DNA of 62,605 nt, the filler included, from Rhabdomonas costata (taxonomy: Eukaryota): NCBI GenBank assembly GCA_019059605.1. It is 25 parts of 25 records of this genome, joined end to end, with 100 filler letters (N's around TTAATTAATTAA, not from the genome) between each part and the next. Parts side by side here need not be neighbours in the genome. Positions count along the whole stretch, not along the records: positions 25,115 to 27,522 come from JAHMHO010003570.1; positions 27,623 to 30,029 come from JAHMHO010003571.1; positions 30,130 to 32,536 come from JAHMHO010003572.1; positions 32,637 to 35,043 come from JAHMHO010003573.1; positions 35,144 to 37,550 come from JAHMHO010003574.1; positions 37,651 to 40,061 come from JAHMHO010003575.1; 19 more parts are not named here. One strand, written 5' to 3'. The notes beneath the pieces are model-generated. The model was not told the origin of the DNA, made no database searches, and saw nothing but the letters and a program-made list of their open reading frames with translations. The stretch's first letter is position 1. Every line of letters begins with the position of its first letter. Position numbers and translations under genes: made by a program. This document shows, one piece after another, positions 25,115 to 37,651 of this stretch.

Positions 25115-27231
25115 GGGTTTGTGTTGTAGAGCTGACGCTCGCCGACGTTGACAAAGTGGTCCTGCGAGCGTGAGCGCTGCGGGGCTGGGGCATGGACAGT
25201 TTCAGATGGTGGGGCTTGACGCACCTGCAGTGCATGGTCGTATGCCTGCTGCACCAGTGCGAGGTGGGCTTCGTCTATTGTCAGGTGGAAGAGCGCAGCG
25301 AGCGCAAGGAGATAAGGGGCAGTAAACGGGGGCATCCGTGGGTCAGTGGCCAGGTTTGATAGTGCCTGGGCGGAGGCATCCTTCGGGTAGGCCACCGCTG
25401 GAGGAGGATACGAGGAAGACAGGCTCAGAGCTTCCACTCGCTGGCGAACCTGTTCATAGAGCTCCAGGGCCAACTTTGGGGGGCTTCCTCGGTGCGCCGC
25501 CGCTGAGGATCTGGCTCCGAGGACATGGTGAGCTGGAAGAGAAAAAGAGCGAGGTGTGTTCCGGAACACAGGGAATGAGAGATATAAATGTGTGACTGTG
25601 GTGGAAAAGGAGAGGATCGTGCGAAACATCAGGTCTAAACTATGCCGGTAGGCTTGACATACACACAAACATACACAAAAACGAACAAAAATACACAACT
25701 GTCCATACGTCAAAGAAAATGAAGGACCTCAAACCACAATAACGTATCAAATAACACCAAAAACACATCCAGACAATGTCACCGTCTCAGCCGCTCCAAC
25801 CGCGGCGCTGCTGAATGACCTCCTTGTCGCTGTAAAACAACTCTGTTTCTTAAATCTGCGTTCTATTTGGAACCATTTATCCCATTCCCGGGCAAAGTCA
25901 CCCAAAGTCCTCACTCTAAAACCATCTGAAATACCGAGGGAACGCACATCAATACAGATTTTGAGTAACGCCTTTAAACCGCTTCATGTTGTTTACCCCA
26001 TTCACCCATCGGACCGCAAATGCAATTGTATCTAAATGGTCTTTCAGACAAGCAACACAGTGAAAGAATCAGCACTCTAAACAGACGTGGTGTATCTGTA
26101 TTCCCATCAGAAGTACATTACATTCAGAGTGCATGGCGTGCGGCCACTGCGGCATATGATACAGAAAAGGGAGTGCGAGGGGCAAACCGTCAGCCTCATT
26201 CACCAGCGCCCGTCGCTGTCATTCATACCCATTGCAAACTGAACCTCAACGGTGTTCGTAGAAACCACAGGTTGGACAAACTCCACAGTAGCAAGCTGCT
26301 GTGATGCAAAGAGAACAGCCAACAAGTCGAAGCAGCGATCAACCAAGTCAAGAAAAATCCATACGCATACAAACAAAAACACAAAGACAAGAGACGGCAT
26401 CTTAGCATGTAGTCTTATTTCGTGGATATGTGTCATGTGAGTGACTTAGGAGATACGGTTATGAGATGAGAATGGTACACACAAGGGCAAAAAGAACACA
26501 GATTCGCTCATTTCCCGCTAGCACTTCCAACTATCCACTATTGGTTTGGTCCATTGCAACTTTTTTTTAAATTTTTTATCTTGTTGCTCTTTGGCAAATA
26601 CCACACCTCGACAACTCTTCTACCTCACATCTCTGTCCTTCACTACATTTTGTGCTAACTTTGTCAGCGCCATTCTTGCTCTTAACTTTCACAGTAAACA
26701 GTTTTGTTAGGGTTATCTGTTGTGGCCATGGAAACCCACCTGGTTCTTGGATTCGGCTAAGTCCTTCAGGCGCTTCAACACTCCAAGCTGCTTTACATTG
26801 TGGTCAAGCGAGAACACCAGCACCATATCCGAGCTGTGGTCGTCCTTCATGGAGATGAAGTAGCCGTTTCAGTGCAACTATCCGCGGATGTAGTGCTTGA
26901 GCTCGTGCCGCTAAGAATGAGTGGTGCTGCGGGTGGCTTGTACCCGTCTCGGAGTGTGACACCGAGTACAGAGCTGATGAAGGAAGCGTACACCACGTAT
27001 TCGTGTTCGCTGACCTGCGCGAAAAGTGTTTAAGGATGAATGCCGCCTGGAGGTTGTGCAGATAACTTCGAAAATAACAACGATTGGGAAATTGTGTGTG
27101 ATGATAGGTGGGGATTTTTCGAGAGAGAGAGAGAGAATAGCTAATTCTCCCTTGTTGAGTAATGCTGCAGAAGCATGCCTGTGGTCTTCTGTATTGCCAG
27201 AGGGCATCCAGAAACGCTGCGTGGCCGGTCA
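25115..27231 (-). CDS. Multi-exon hypothetical protein fragment
   Basis: Series of AG..GT(GC)-bounded coding-like segments: TGHAAFLDALWQYRRPQ, VSEHEYVVYASF, DMVLVFSLDHNVKQ, QLATVEFVQPVV, DGFRVRTLGDFAREWDKW, KLALELYEQVRQRVEAL. Some junctions are ambiguous. Confidence 0.5.
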
Positions 27232-28331
27232 CTGGTGTCAGAGTTCACTGATATTTCTCCAATGCTCTTTGGTGATCATTGGCGGCTCTTTTGTATCTCT
27301 TTTGCTCCGCTTCTTACCCCACAGTTTAACGACGACACACACAACGTATGTGCATGGTATGCATAAACCATTGCATGTGGGACTAAACCAAGATAATAAC
27401 ATCAGTACCATCACACCAGTTCCAATTACTCCTCATAAAATAAAAAGCTCCCAGATGAGACTAAACAATTACTAAACACGCACACACACACGAGACACCC
27501 AAACCCCCCAACACACCCAACANNNNNNNNNNNNNNNNNNNNNNNNNNNNNNNNNNNNNNNNNNNNTTAATTAATTAANNNNNNNNNNNNNNNNNNNNNN
27601 NNNNNNNNNNNNNNNNNNNNNNGTTGTTGGTGACGTTACCAAGAACCCCAATGGCCCAGTTTGTGTTTTCGTGCATTCATCAGGCTCACGTCAAGCGGGC
27701 AATCAATAAAAAGCTGCCAATAAAAAGATAAGATAAAAAGAGAAGAAGAGAGCCCATTAAATGAAAAAGGTTGAGCACTGGCCAAGCACAGGAAATCATC
27801 AGGACTAGATACAAGGTATCAAAGCACATGGAATCGACGAAGAAAACGTGTTTGCTGATCAAGACTGCAAAAAACGCAGAACCTAATCCCTGATTCCGGA
27901 TTTCCTAATGACCGGTTATCTCCAGACCCTGTCCTAGGTTGTTGTTGTTGCTCCAACTTTCTGCCACGCTCTACGCGTCTGCGTGTGGTCCTTGAAAGGT
28001 GGGGGACCCAAGAAGGAGGACAACGTAACGGCGAATTGTAACTCTAACTCGGCTTTGACATAAGCAGCAGCGTTTTTTTTTCAGGGGAATCGGCATAACA
28101 AGCGATGGGATTACCCTCAGGACCTCTTCGGTGGGCTCAGCCGGATGACGTCAACTGCGCTCATGAAAGCCCCTGGGTATTTCGGATGTACCGTAATCTC
28201 GCCGCCCTCGCTCGGACCAAAGACTCAAAAGAATTTCGGAATTTCAGGACGCAAAAACGCATTTTCCCTCCAAAGAGTACCCGAACGTTAACGGGATGGC
28301 ACATTTATAGATAAAGCGAGCACGGCAAAAC

Positions 28332-29739
28332 CATGGGCCGATGGTGAGGCAGGTGGGGTGGCGGCTCGTCGCGCGAACCGCCTGGTAGTCGTCCAGGATT
28401 TCTCTTAGGAAGAAGTCAAACCAGCCCCCAAAGAAGTGACAGGGCGGCGCAAAGGGAAGCTTGCGGCGGTAGTCAAACCGGGACCAGAACGGGGAGTCTG
28501 CGGGCCCCCACAGCACACACCACGGGCGAAATCTGTCGGAACTGCCGCAATGCCTTGTGCATGGCTGCGCGGAGCCAACGCCTGTGGGCATGACTGCAAG
28601 AGATGCTGCACCAATCTCAGCGAAAGTTTTAAAAAGACAGCTTGAGCCCAAAGAGTGCCCCTGATTTTAAAGTCCTGCTGTTCAATAGAATGAGTGAGAC
28701 ACACAACAAGGAGGAACGAGGGAGTTCGCGGCAAGCGCTAATAATCGACTGCGCGGTTGCTCGCCATTGTAGGGCTCGTCAATTGAACCAATGAAACCAG
28801 GGAAGTGCGCAAAAAAGCGCAAAAAAAAAAGGGCGAGCGATATTCAGACGAGCAAAAATCTCACCGGTTGAATGTGCTGCAGCTGAACAGCTGCCTAATC
28901 TGTTCGTACCCAAACTCCCACTGCTGGCACATTTGCGCAACTACCTGAGGACTCGTGCATGTGGTTCAGCAGGTATTCCGAGAAAATCGTAGAGCCAGGA
29001 CACCCCGTGATGGCCTCATGGATCTTTCCCAGAGGCAAAGAAGTCAGATGCTTCATTGAAGTGAACAATATCAAAAGAAACGCGAAAGGATTCACAGGCT
29101 CTTTTCCTCGGGTGTGGTGGGCGAGGTAGCTCCAGCGGGTATACAGCTCAAGAGCGATGCCGTTGTCGGGAAGGTGAACTGTTCGTTGCTGCGCAGAGCA
29201 CTGCATAGGCACCATCGCGTCAGGTTGCAGGCTGGGGTTCTCGGGGCAGAGCATCGCGTGCTGGACAATCCCCATGAAGGACATCCTATTGAGCAAACCC
29301 AGCAGCGCGCCGCTACCTTCACCGTGCTTCACAGACCAACCGCGGTACAAATAAGTACGCTTATGTGATCTGGAGCCAAACCAGAGAACCTCTGAAACTG
29401 AGAAAAGAATATGGGAAACTCCAACCACAGTCACTGCTGATAATCTAAGATCCAAGGGCCGCTGTGACATCCGAGCCGAGAGCAATGCTTGCGCCTTTTT
29501 AGAAATGCTTTTCTAATTTAATTCCCCACCGAACGCCTCACCAGAAAAAAGAGATGGACTCAGGCACACCCCCACGCTCCCACGTAAGGGCACTGCTGGA
29601 ACCACGCCTGCCCTCGAATCCACCCAATCGTGTCTTGCCCATCGCTATCGTCATACATCAAGGGCTCGAAGACCCCATCGGAATCCCCACGGCCGCGAAC
29701 GTCCTGGATAATGACGTGGTAGCCGTATTCACACAACAC
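28332..29739 (-). CDS. CocE/NonD family hydrolase (peptidase S15-like), 3 exons (29739-29570, ~29286-28945, ~28497-28332)
   Basis: GYHVIIQDVRGRGDSDG, QAWF, spliced nucleophile motif WG|MSFMG, GGWFD (catalytic Asp), LTIGPW. Confidence 0.92.
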
Positions 29740-31243
29740 CTGTCGGAGGTGAGAGAAAAGAAAAACCAAAATCACCAGCGGCATTAACGAATCCCTAAAC
29801 AAAACTCCTGCCAGCGGTTGTCTAACAGCAAGGGAGCTCCTGCCATGCATATCCAAAATGGTTGTTTGCACAGCTGACGCGTACAGTGTAGCACGAAGTC
29901 CCATGGGGCCCAGATGTTCGTTTGTCAACATATCAGGAGCTGCTTGGCAGTCTCTCCACGAAGGAAAAGTCCTTAGGTGAGTGCACGTCTGCAGCTGAGT
30001 GTGCACACCTCACCCAGGCTCACCACAACNNNNNNNNNNNNNNNNNNNNNNNNNNNNNNNNNNNNNNNNNNNNTTAATTAATTAANNNNNNNNNNNNNNN
30101 NNNNNNNNNNNNNNNNNNNNNNNNNNNNNTGCGCCCATTGCTTGAGGTTTGTTTGAGGAGCCACACCTCGTGAGCCTGAGCACGGTCACAACAACGCACT
30201 TATTATTACTACGAATGTAATTTTGGGGAGAGGAGACTCCGTGTGGCTGCAACACAACCTCAAGCACGCATGTGGCCATATTGTAATTCCGCAAAGGCAG
30301 ACGGAAGCAGCAAGAATCAATGGCACCACGCCGCATCGGATCCCTAGACCCCCCCGCACAGCAACGAGCAGACCAACCACAGCGCCAGAGTCATATTTTT
30401 GGGTTGTTGGGAGAAGGATATGATCGCTTCGAAGCGTGCGAGGCGACTAGACGAGACGCACCCACCGCAGACAAGGTAGGCAGCGAGGGACCAGACGCAA
30501 GCAGAACGCCCCAAATGACCACCCCCGAACGAGATTCAGTAAGGGAAACCGACCAGTTGAACACCTTCTGAGCAATCGACACGACACAGCAGCACTGAAC
30601 CACACACGAACTGCCAAGCAAACGATTACGTCGATGATGCCTAACTCTGCTTCCCATTGGTTCACGCTCTGGTGCGCAAACACCAAACGCAAGCCACCAA
30701 CCAAGAGGAAAGCAATAGCAACCGAACCTACACAGGAATCGACTTCATCCGACGGTACACAGTGCACCCCAGCGGCGAGCACCTTGATGGCACAAAGACC
30801 AGATGAGAAAACAAGCACGTGCACAAGTACGCACACGCACGCGTGAGCGCAAACCGCAACCCAGTGCATCATAATCCCCTAATCCAGTGGGAGCTTCAGC
30901 GTCCAACCAGAAAAGAACGGGCAAACGAAAAGCAAAGATCCTCCACCAAGAAAGAAATCGTTTCTTCCGGGAGATTTTTTAGATGCTTTTCATTACTTTT
31001 GTTCTGCTCTTCTTGTCATATATTCATTCTGATGCTTGCACCTGGTTCACTTCAAACATTCCTACGAACATCGTGCACACTGAGCGGAAACTCGAAGCAA
31101 GAGATTATGAGGCCGAATACCGAGCCGTCATGAAACCAAACAAATGAACCCCCAAGGATCAATACCGCATAACCTGAAAACGGGTTTCCGCCCGCCTGCT
31201 TTCCTAGGGGTGATTGCTTACTGGTGCCTTGACCCTTTTACAG

Positions 31244-32498
31244 GACTTCAGTAAGATGGAGGCCGACAGGCTGGAGCTGGAGATCGCCCCGTTCAGCCTG
31301 AGGGAGGTCGTGGAGCAGGCCGCCTGCGCGGTGCAAGTCCGGGCGGAGGAGAAGGGCCTGCAGCTGGTGGTGCGGGTGCGGCCAGAGGTTCCGCGGCAGG
31401 TGGTGGGGGACGCGCGGCGGCTGAAGCGTGTGCTGCTGAACCTGCTCAGCAATGGTGTGTTTGTTACTTCGTCTGTGTGAGATGTATTCTGTGAAATCCG
31501 AGGACCCGGAGCTGTGGTGCCAGGGTGTGTGATGCTGTTGAACCCTCCGTGTCTTCCTCTTTCCGAGCATGTGAGGTGCCTAGTGTCCGCTCCCGTTTGA
31601 ACGTGGGTCTGAGTTGTCTTTCCGCTGCAGAATGAGCGGGTTTTCCTACGAGTTCCCCGTATTTTGTGTTGGTCACTGATAGGGACGCTAGCACAACCCC
31701 TTTTCTTTGAGTGTTCACGTCTTCAGGGTATAGGGTGATGATCCGCAACACACCAAAAAAAAGTAACTCCCGCTCATGCGTCATGCGGTGACCCCAGGCA
31801 CCGGTCCGAACCCACCTCGCCAAAGTTAAAGGATAGAGATAGAGCACTTGACACACACACGTTAAAAAAAGAGCAAGCTCACTTTTTCGCACATCACGCG
31901 CCGATCTCGTACGCTCAACAGCACAGCTGCTCAGCACACCGCGAAGCGCCCGCGGCGGCTCCCCCCTCGCACACACCGCTTCACTCACCCGTTCCGGAGA
32001 GTGCATGGGGTTAGGTGATGCATGGGTCCCGGATCACAGCAGAAACATTTGCCGGGGGTTAGGTGGCTATGCATGGGTCTCCTGGGATTGCAATATAGCA
32101 TGCTTGGGTGGGATTCTCTTCGAGCGATTGTTCCACCAGTGTATCACAGCAGTTGTCCATACGCTCAAATGATGAATCGCTTCTTCCAATATCGAACGCC
32201 TCCTGCTGAAACACATCTTTTCATATCAAGATTTCTTTCCACTCACCACAACAACTCCAGAGTAAAGACATTTCAACGGAACCTCGCTAACTGCCTCACT
32301 ATCATTAACCGTTACTGTCTTAATCTCATTTCTCTTTTCCATTTCATTCGTAGGAGTGAAGTTCACCCACGAGGGCGTGGTCAGTATCAGCTGTGCGGTG
32401 GACGAGGGCCGGCAGTGGTTCACTGTGGAGGTCCAGGACACTGGGATCGGGCTCAGCCAGGCCGCGCTGCAGAGGCTGTTCCAGCCCTTCAGCCAGGC
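31244..32498 (+). CDS. Sensor histidine kinase of hybrid-kinase type (HATPase region), exons 31244-31454, 32354-~32498
   Basis: [28 protein letters not shown] (N box), VQDTGIGL (G1), LFQPFSQA (F box). Confidence 0.93.
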
Positions 32499-32534
32499 CT
32501 GGCTGAGCCCGATCCCAGTGTCCTGGACCCCCAC
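32425..32534. repeat. Fold-back inverted repeat at contig end (39-nt arms 32425-32463 / 32496-32534), probable amplification or library artefact
   Basis: The right arm is the reverse complement of kinase coding sequence (1 mismatch) and truncates the gene. Confidence 0.85.
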
Positions 32535-32749
32535 ACNNNNNNNNNNNNNNNNNNNNNNNNNNNNNNNNNNNNNNNNNNNNTTAATTAATTAANNNNNNNN
32601 NNNNNNNNNNNNNNNNNNNNNNNNNNNNNNNNNNNNTTGTTGTGTGGTGCGCTTTTCTTGACATGTATCGGTGCGTGAGGTTAACGTTTTTTCGGGTGGG
32701 GGCTTTCTGCCGTTCCTTCGTCATTTCGAGCTTCCGTGTTCCGGCACAG

Positions 32750-32905
32750 TCCCCGACGCCAACGCAGCTGTGCTGCCTGCGGATCTACCAGACGCTTCGG
32801 ATGGTGAAGCGGTACATCCCGCAGGCCGTGCTGGCGGAGCTGCAGGGCGGGTCCGAGGACGACAGCGAGGAGGGGGACAGCCCATCTCCGCGACCGGAAT
32901 CACCG
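32750..32905 (+). CDS. Isolated coding exon, possibly the linker preceding a euglenozoan-type nucleotide cyclase domain
   Basis: CAG..GTTTG-bounded, GC3-rich: LRIYQTLRMVKRYIPQAVLAELQGGSEDDSEEG. The family guess rests on memory of the RY(I/L)PQ motif only. Confidence 0.4.
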
Positions 32906-34582
32906 GTTTGGAGCGTGTTGCAGCAATTCCGGTCATCTTTGCCCAGTTGCCGGATTTAGAAATCACAAGTGATCGATGGATACGGAGCGGCTCCTGCGCT
33001 GCTCTTTAACCAACCTGTTTTAACGATCGCTGCAAAGCTTTGTACCGATTCGGTGTCAGTGAATTCACTGATTTAACGCCTTGACGCGGCGTTTCTTTCC
33101 TGGTTAGATGTTGTTGTTGAGATTCGTGATCGAGTTTTGTCCGTGGTGTGTAGGTGTGTTAAGGTGCTAGGTCTTCAGTATGTTTTAGTTTGGAGCATTT
33201 TCGTGCTGTTTTTCTGTAGGCTGTGGAGTGTGGACGCTCGGTGTGTTCTTCTCTGCACCGCTTCTCGAGCCTATCAGCTTGCCAAACGTGTTCGTCATTT
33301 CCCGCCTTTTGGGGGGTTGCTTAAGCTGTTGCAGGATGCCACTGCGCCGATCCTCCCCCTTCTTGCCCTGTTTTCCCCTAACCATAACCCACTCCCCCCA
33401 ACCACTCTGCTTTCCCTAAGATACAGAATACAGTTCGGGAACCAGCGCACAGAGTGTCTAGGGTAGGCAAAAAAAACGCAATGCGATTAAGTTTTTTGTA
33501 CACCTTATAACACAAGAGGCAACTACGATACAGGGGGAGAGGGATGAGAAGTGGGCGTGTGAAGGGAAGGTCAGACCAGGAGAGGAGAGGAAAGGAACCT
33601 GGGCTGGTTGGTGGAGCCTAATGAGGAATCGGCAAAGGGGGAACGGTGGCTAGAGGCTGGTAGGCCTCGGGGTTGCCACGGCTGTGGCTGTGGCGATAAG
33701 AACGTGGGCTGGCTTGTGACTCCTGCATGCCCGCTGGCCTGAACATCTGAGCGAGTGGAAGGGGGGGGGGATCGGAAAGACTTGATCTGCCAGTGTGTAC
33801 CTATCTATGATTATATGGCATACCTACCGCAGTGAACCTTTTTTTTTTCTGTGGTGGTTGCTCCTTCGTCTCACCCGAATTTGCCTCTGCTTGATAGCTT
33901 TAAATGCCTGTTGTTGATCATGCATTGTGGTGGCCTAACTTCCAAAAATTTCTGAAAAAGCACGGAAGCCGTTTGAAATCATCTGAAGGCTTTGTGCTGC
34001 TTTAGCCTTCGTGTGGCGCCACCCTAGCGTTGTTGGATCCTCCCCGGGACAGATATGATCGGACGGCAGGATCGGGCACTTGGTCTATGATGAATCTTGG
34101 TTGTTCAGTGGACCTGTTTCTCTTCGTCGCGTTGCCGCAAGCATCGGGGCTCATTCATTTAGCACACAGGAAGCAGTGCCGCAGCTGAAGAAGCCGATGG
34201 GGCGGAGCAGGAAAGGAGGAACTTGGCTGAATAGAAAGGGCGATTCGTGTTTGATTCGTTTTAGAGACAGTACATCCAAACTTTTTAGCGTTGCCATGAG
34301 GTAAACTCTAGTCACCCGTTGACAACGTCATGTTGCATCCCCCTGGGATGAATTGCTCCAAGAACCTCCGGGATTCGCAGGTGATCGCAGAGGCGATGCG
34401 GGTCAACGTTGGGTTACGGTGCTATGGGTTCAACACATCCCCTCCCCTCAGCTTGCGCAGCTCATTGACTTCCGTACTTCCTGTCACGGTGTCACGGAGA
34501 ACTTCATTGTTGAACTTCAATCCCAGCCTCTGCCACGGATGTCCGGTGTCCGGTGTGGATGTCCCGGATGTGTGCCTTGAAG

Positions 34583-34845
34583 GCATGAAGGCCTACTTCA
34601 AGGGGAACGGGGTGCAAATGGTGCGGATCTTCCCGTACGCCGGAGTGGGATACGTGATGTTTGACCTGTGCCTTGTGTGGAGCAAGAAGATGCTGGGGGC
34701 CCAGAGCCACCTCGCCAGCGCCCTGGCCGGGGCCCTGACCGGCACAATCGCGGTGGCGGTGACGTACCCCCTGGACCTGATCCGCACGCGGTTCGCGGTG
34801 CAGACGACGGAGAAGAAGTACACCGGGATCGTGCAGTCCACAAAG
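34583..34845 (+). CDS. Mitochondrial carrier (SLC25) internal exon, CoA/adenine-nucleotide carrier-like
   Basis: GMKAYFKGNGVQMVRIFPY, AGALTG, signature TYPLDLIRTRFAVQ, YTGIVQ. Confidence 0.92.
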
Positions 34846-34925
34846 GCTTGTGCCCAAATGCATTTCTGTTTATTGCTCTGCGTGATAGGTCGTGATAGGT
34901 CGTTTAAGCAAGGTATATTTGGAAG

Positions 34926-35043
34926 GTTTGCTCGTTTTTCCTCCTTTGGAGGAGCTGCGTGAATAGGGGGAAGTGCTACTTTGGGTCGAGTCATACTTCC
35001 CCCTATTCACGCAGCTCCTCCAAAGGAGGAAAAACGAACAAAC
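34926..35043. repeat. Fold-back inverted repeat at contig end (49-nt arms 34926-34974 / 34995-35043, 20-nt loop)
   Basis: Arms are reverse-complementary with 1 mismatch and end exactly at the contig end. Confidence 0.9.
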
Positions 35044-35147
35044 NNNNNNNNNNNNNNNNNNNNNNNNNNNNNNNNNNNNNNNNNNNNTTAATTAATTAAN
35101 NNNNNNNNNNNNNNNNNNNNNNNNNNNNNNNNNNNNNNNNNNNTTTT

Positions 35148-36095
35148 GAATCCGCGCCGGAGACGAGCACAAGATAGCATTCCAAACAAAGTTCGGCTCG
35201 TTAGAATAGACCGTGATGCCATTCGGTTTAGCAAGTGCCCCAGACACATTCCAGCGAACGATGGACTCTGCCTTTGATGACATGAAGGACTTCACCAACA
35301 TCTAAGTCGACGACATTGTTGTCTTTTTGGAAACCTACGAGGAGCACCTAAACCACCTCCGTCGAGTCCTGGACATCCTCTGTAGAAAACAGCTCATTGT
35401 GAAGCTGAAGAAGTGCTCTATATTACGGCCGGAAATCGAATTCGTCGGTTACATCGTCTGCAGCGGATATACAACCCCAGTGCCGGAAACTTTCAGTTAA
35501 TCTCTTGAGTGGCCGACCACCAGTAATATCAAAAACTACAGAAGTTTTATTGTACTTTGCGGCTTCTACCATCGATTCTCACCGCAGTTTGCTACAGTTT
35601 CGGCACCCTCTCCAATTTGCTGGAGAATAAGAATCCGTGGCACTGGTGACCAGAATTACAGCAAGCGTTTGATGGAATGAAGTCCTACCTTCTTTGGTAT
35701 GTCGTCTTGGCCTTTCCTGACAGGAAAAAACCGTTCATCCTCTACATAAAAGCTTCAGATACCGGCATCGGAGCCATATTGTGCCAGACTGATGACTCGA
35801 ATTGGCTTTTCGTGGTTGTGTTTACCTCTTGGAATTTGAGTAAACACGAAGTTAATTACCGCACACTCAAAAATAAACTTCTGGCACTCGCAGAAGCTGT
35901 TTATAGTTAGAAACACTACTTCCATGGTGCCAAGGTGACGTCTTCACCGACAAAACTTGTCTACGGTACATTCACACAATGGCGATGCAGATCCCCCGCC
36001 ATATTTGTTGGCTACATAGTTTTCAGGAATTTGATCTGGAAATCGCCACATTCCGTGTAAATTGAATGTTCTCGCCGACATCCTCTCCCGGATGC
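35148..36095 (+). mobile_element. Decayed Ty3/gypsy LTR retrotransposon pol fragment (RT and RNase H)
   Basis: KIAFQTKFGSLEYTVMPFGLASAPDTFQR, I*VDDIVVF (YxDD Tyr mutated to TAA), KLKKC, KPFILYIKASDTGIGAIL, NVLADILSR; multiple stops and frameshifts. Confidence 0.93.
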
Positions 36096-36746
36096 ACGAG
36101 AAACGGGAGAGTGGGGACACCTCCACGCCTACATTTGCCAATCATGTGTTCCGGTGTTTTGCTGGACCATCTCGAATCCTGTTGGACGACTGGCTGGACA
36201 ATTGCCGACACGATCCCAAAATTTTTGACTATTTTTTCGAGAAAAAAATGATTAGATTATGCCGAATCCCTGGAGGACTGCGAACATTTTGCTTCAAGAA
36301 GGGGTTAAGTTGGTGGCTTTCCTGTGCTCTTTGTCGTCGCTTGAGTGGGCAGAAATCTTCCAGCAGTTGATGATTACCGATGCACAAAGGAAGCACTGTA
36401 AAATGCTTTGATCTTCATCCGATTGCGGTGTTCCTATACTAGTTGGGAGTATGGGGAACCATACAAACACAGATACACTCTGACTGGTATGGCCAGGCTC
36501 CAAAATCGGCTCGAATTCATATCACGGTCTACCACGATGGTCGATTAGGCGTTAGGCGGAAGGCAACTCTGGCCCCAACCCCAACCTCAACCAGGACCTT
36601 TCCTGTGGAAAATGGGGACCAGACGGTGCCTGGTGGGGGAGGTAAGTTGCCTGACCGTAGACTTGAGAGTCGCGAAACTTGATGATGGATACGCGAGGTC
36701 TCAACCGCACACACATAAACGCTTACACAAACAAGCAAACAGAGAC

Positions 36747-37550
36747 CCCCTTGATGACGGCCGGAGGGTAGTTCAGCGGGTTGAAGCTCACCCGGATTTC
36801 CCGCACTCGGGGCAGCGTGGCCAGCGAGACGGGCAGGGTGCTCAGCCGGTTGTCCTGCAGGTACAGGAACTGCAGCCCCTGTAGCGCGCCAAGGTCCTCG
36901 GGCAGAGCTGTGAGCCGGTTGTGGCTGAGGTCCAGTTCGTGCAACCGAACCAGCCCGCACAGGGAGACAGGCACCGCGGGGATCTGGTTGTACCCCAGGC
37001 ACAGCTCCTCCTTTGCGAATGGGCAAAAGAAAAAAGAGCGCATTTAGAAGCAAACAGGACCCACGCACACATCTAAAGAAAATTCCATTTCTTCAAGCAT
37101 ATGTACGGCACAAGAAGCGAGGAGTGACACAGGGTTTGTGTGTGCCGCTCGGGGGCCTGTTCGCCATGTCTGTGAGAGTGTGGTAAGACGTTTCTCCACT
37201 CCTCGTTGTTTGTCACACTCGGTAACAATGAGTCTCATCCTGCTCTTGATAGTGGGGTGAGATGACGTCCCCGGAAGACGGTCACTGCCTCCACTACTGA
37301 CCTGACGGATAATGAGGCGCTCCCTTGCATGCGATCCCCTCCTGCTTTTGCAATGCAGAGAACCGTCGTGTCAAATAATGGGGAGGTCTCGCAGCGAGGC
37401 TCGGTCGTTCACGTTCGAAAGGGATGCGAATACGAGGCGGGAGGGAGACTTTTTCCTTGACCCACAACCAAATTCACGGACAGGCAGACAGGGCACCAGG
37501 TGCAAGAGCTGGCCAATGGCATCGGGGATCCCACCCAGCTTGTTGTGGTC
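36747..37550 (-). CDS. Leucine-rich repeat protein fragment, exons 37550-37497 and 37010-36747
   Basis: Typical 23-aa LRRs (LHELDLSHNRLTALPEDLGALQGLQFLYLQDNRLSTLP) with NPLNYPP cap; phase-0 intron GTGCC..AAG. Confidence 0.92.
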
Positions 37551-37651
37551 NNNNNNNNNNNNNNNNNNNNNNNNNNNNNNNNNNNNNNNNNNNNTTAATT
37601 AATTAANNNNNNNNNNNNNNNNNNNNNNNNNNNNNNNNNNNNNNNNNNNNG

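Noticed and set aside
26834-26943. Coding-like minus-strand frame with in-frame TAG and TGA (RHELKHYIRG*LH*NGYF) suggesting stop-codon reassignment
   Set aside because: A phase-compatible GT-AG intron (26943-26834) removes both stops, TGA terminates HIS6 and E-Syt normally, and no conserved gene here contains internal stops.
27623-27700. Minus-strand CTGATGA..CGAAA resembling a hammerhead ribozyme core
   Set aside because: The stem II closing pair is mismatched and stems I and III cannot be formed convincingly.
36221-36250. CTATTTTTTCG resembling the 3' end of the Euglena spliced leader
   Set aside because: The match is short and low-complexity, the upstream leader sequence does not match, and there is no GT donor or recognisable gene after it.
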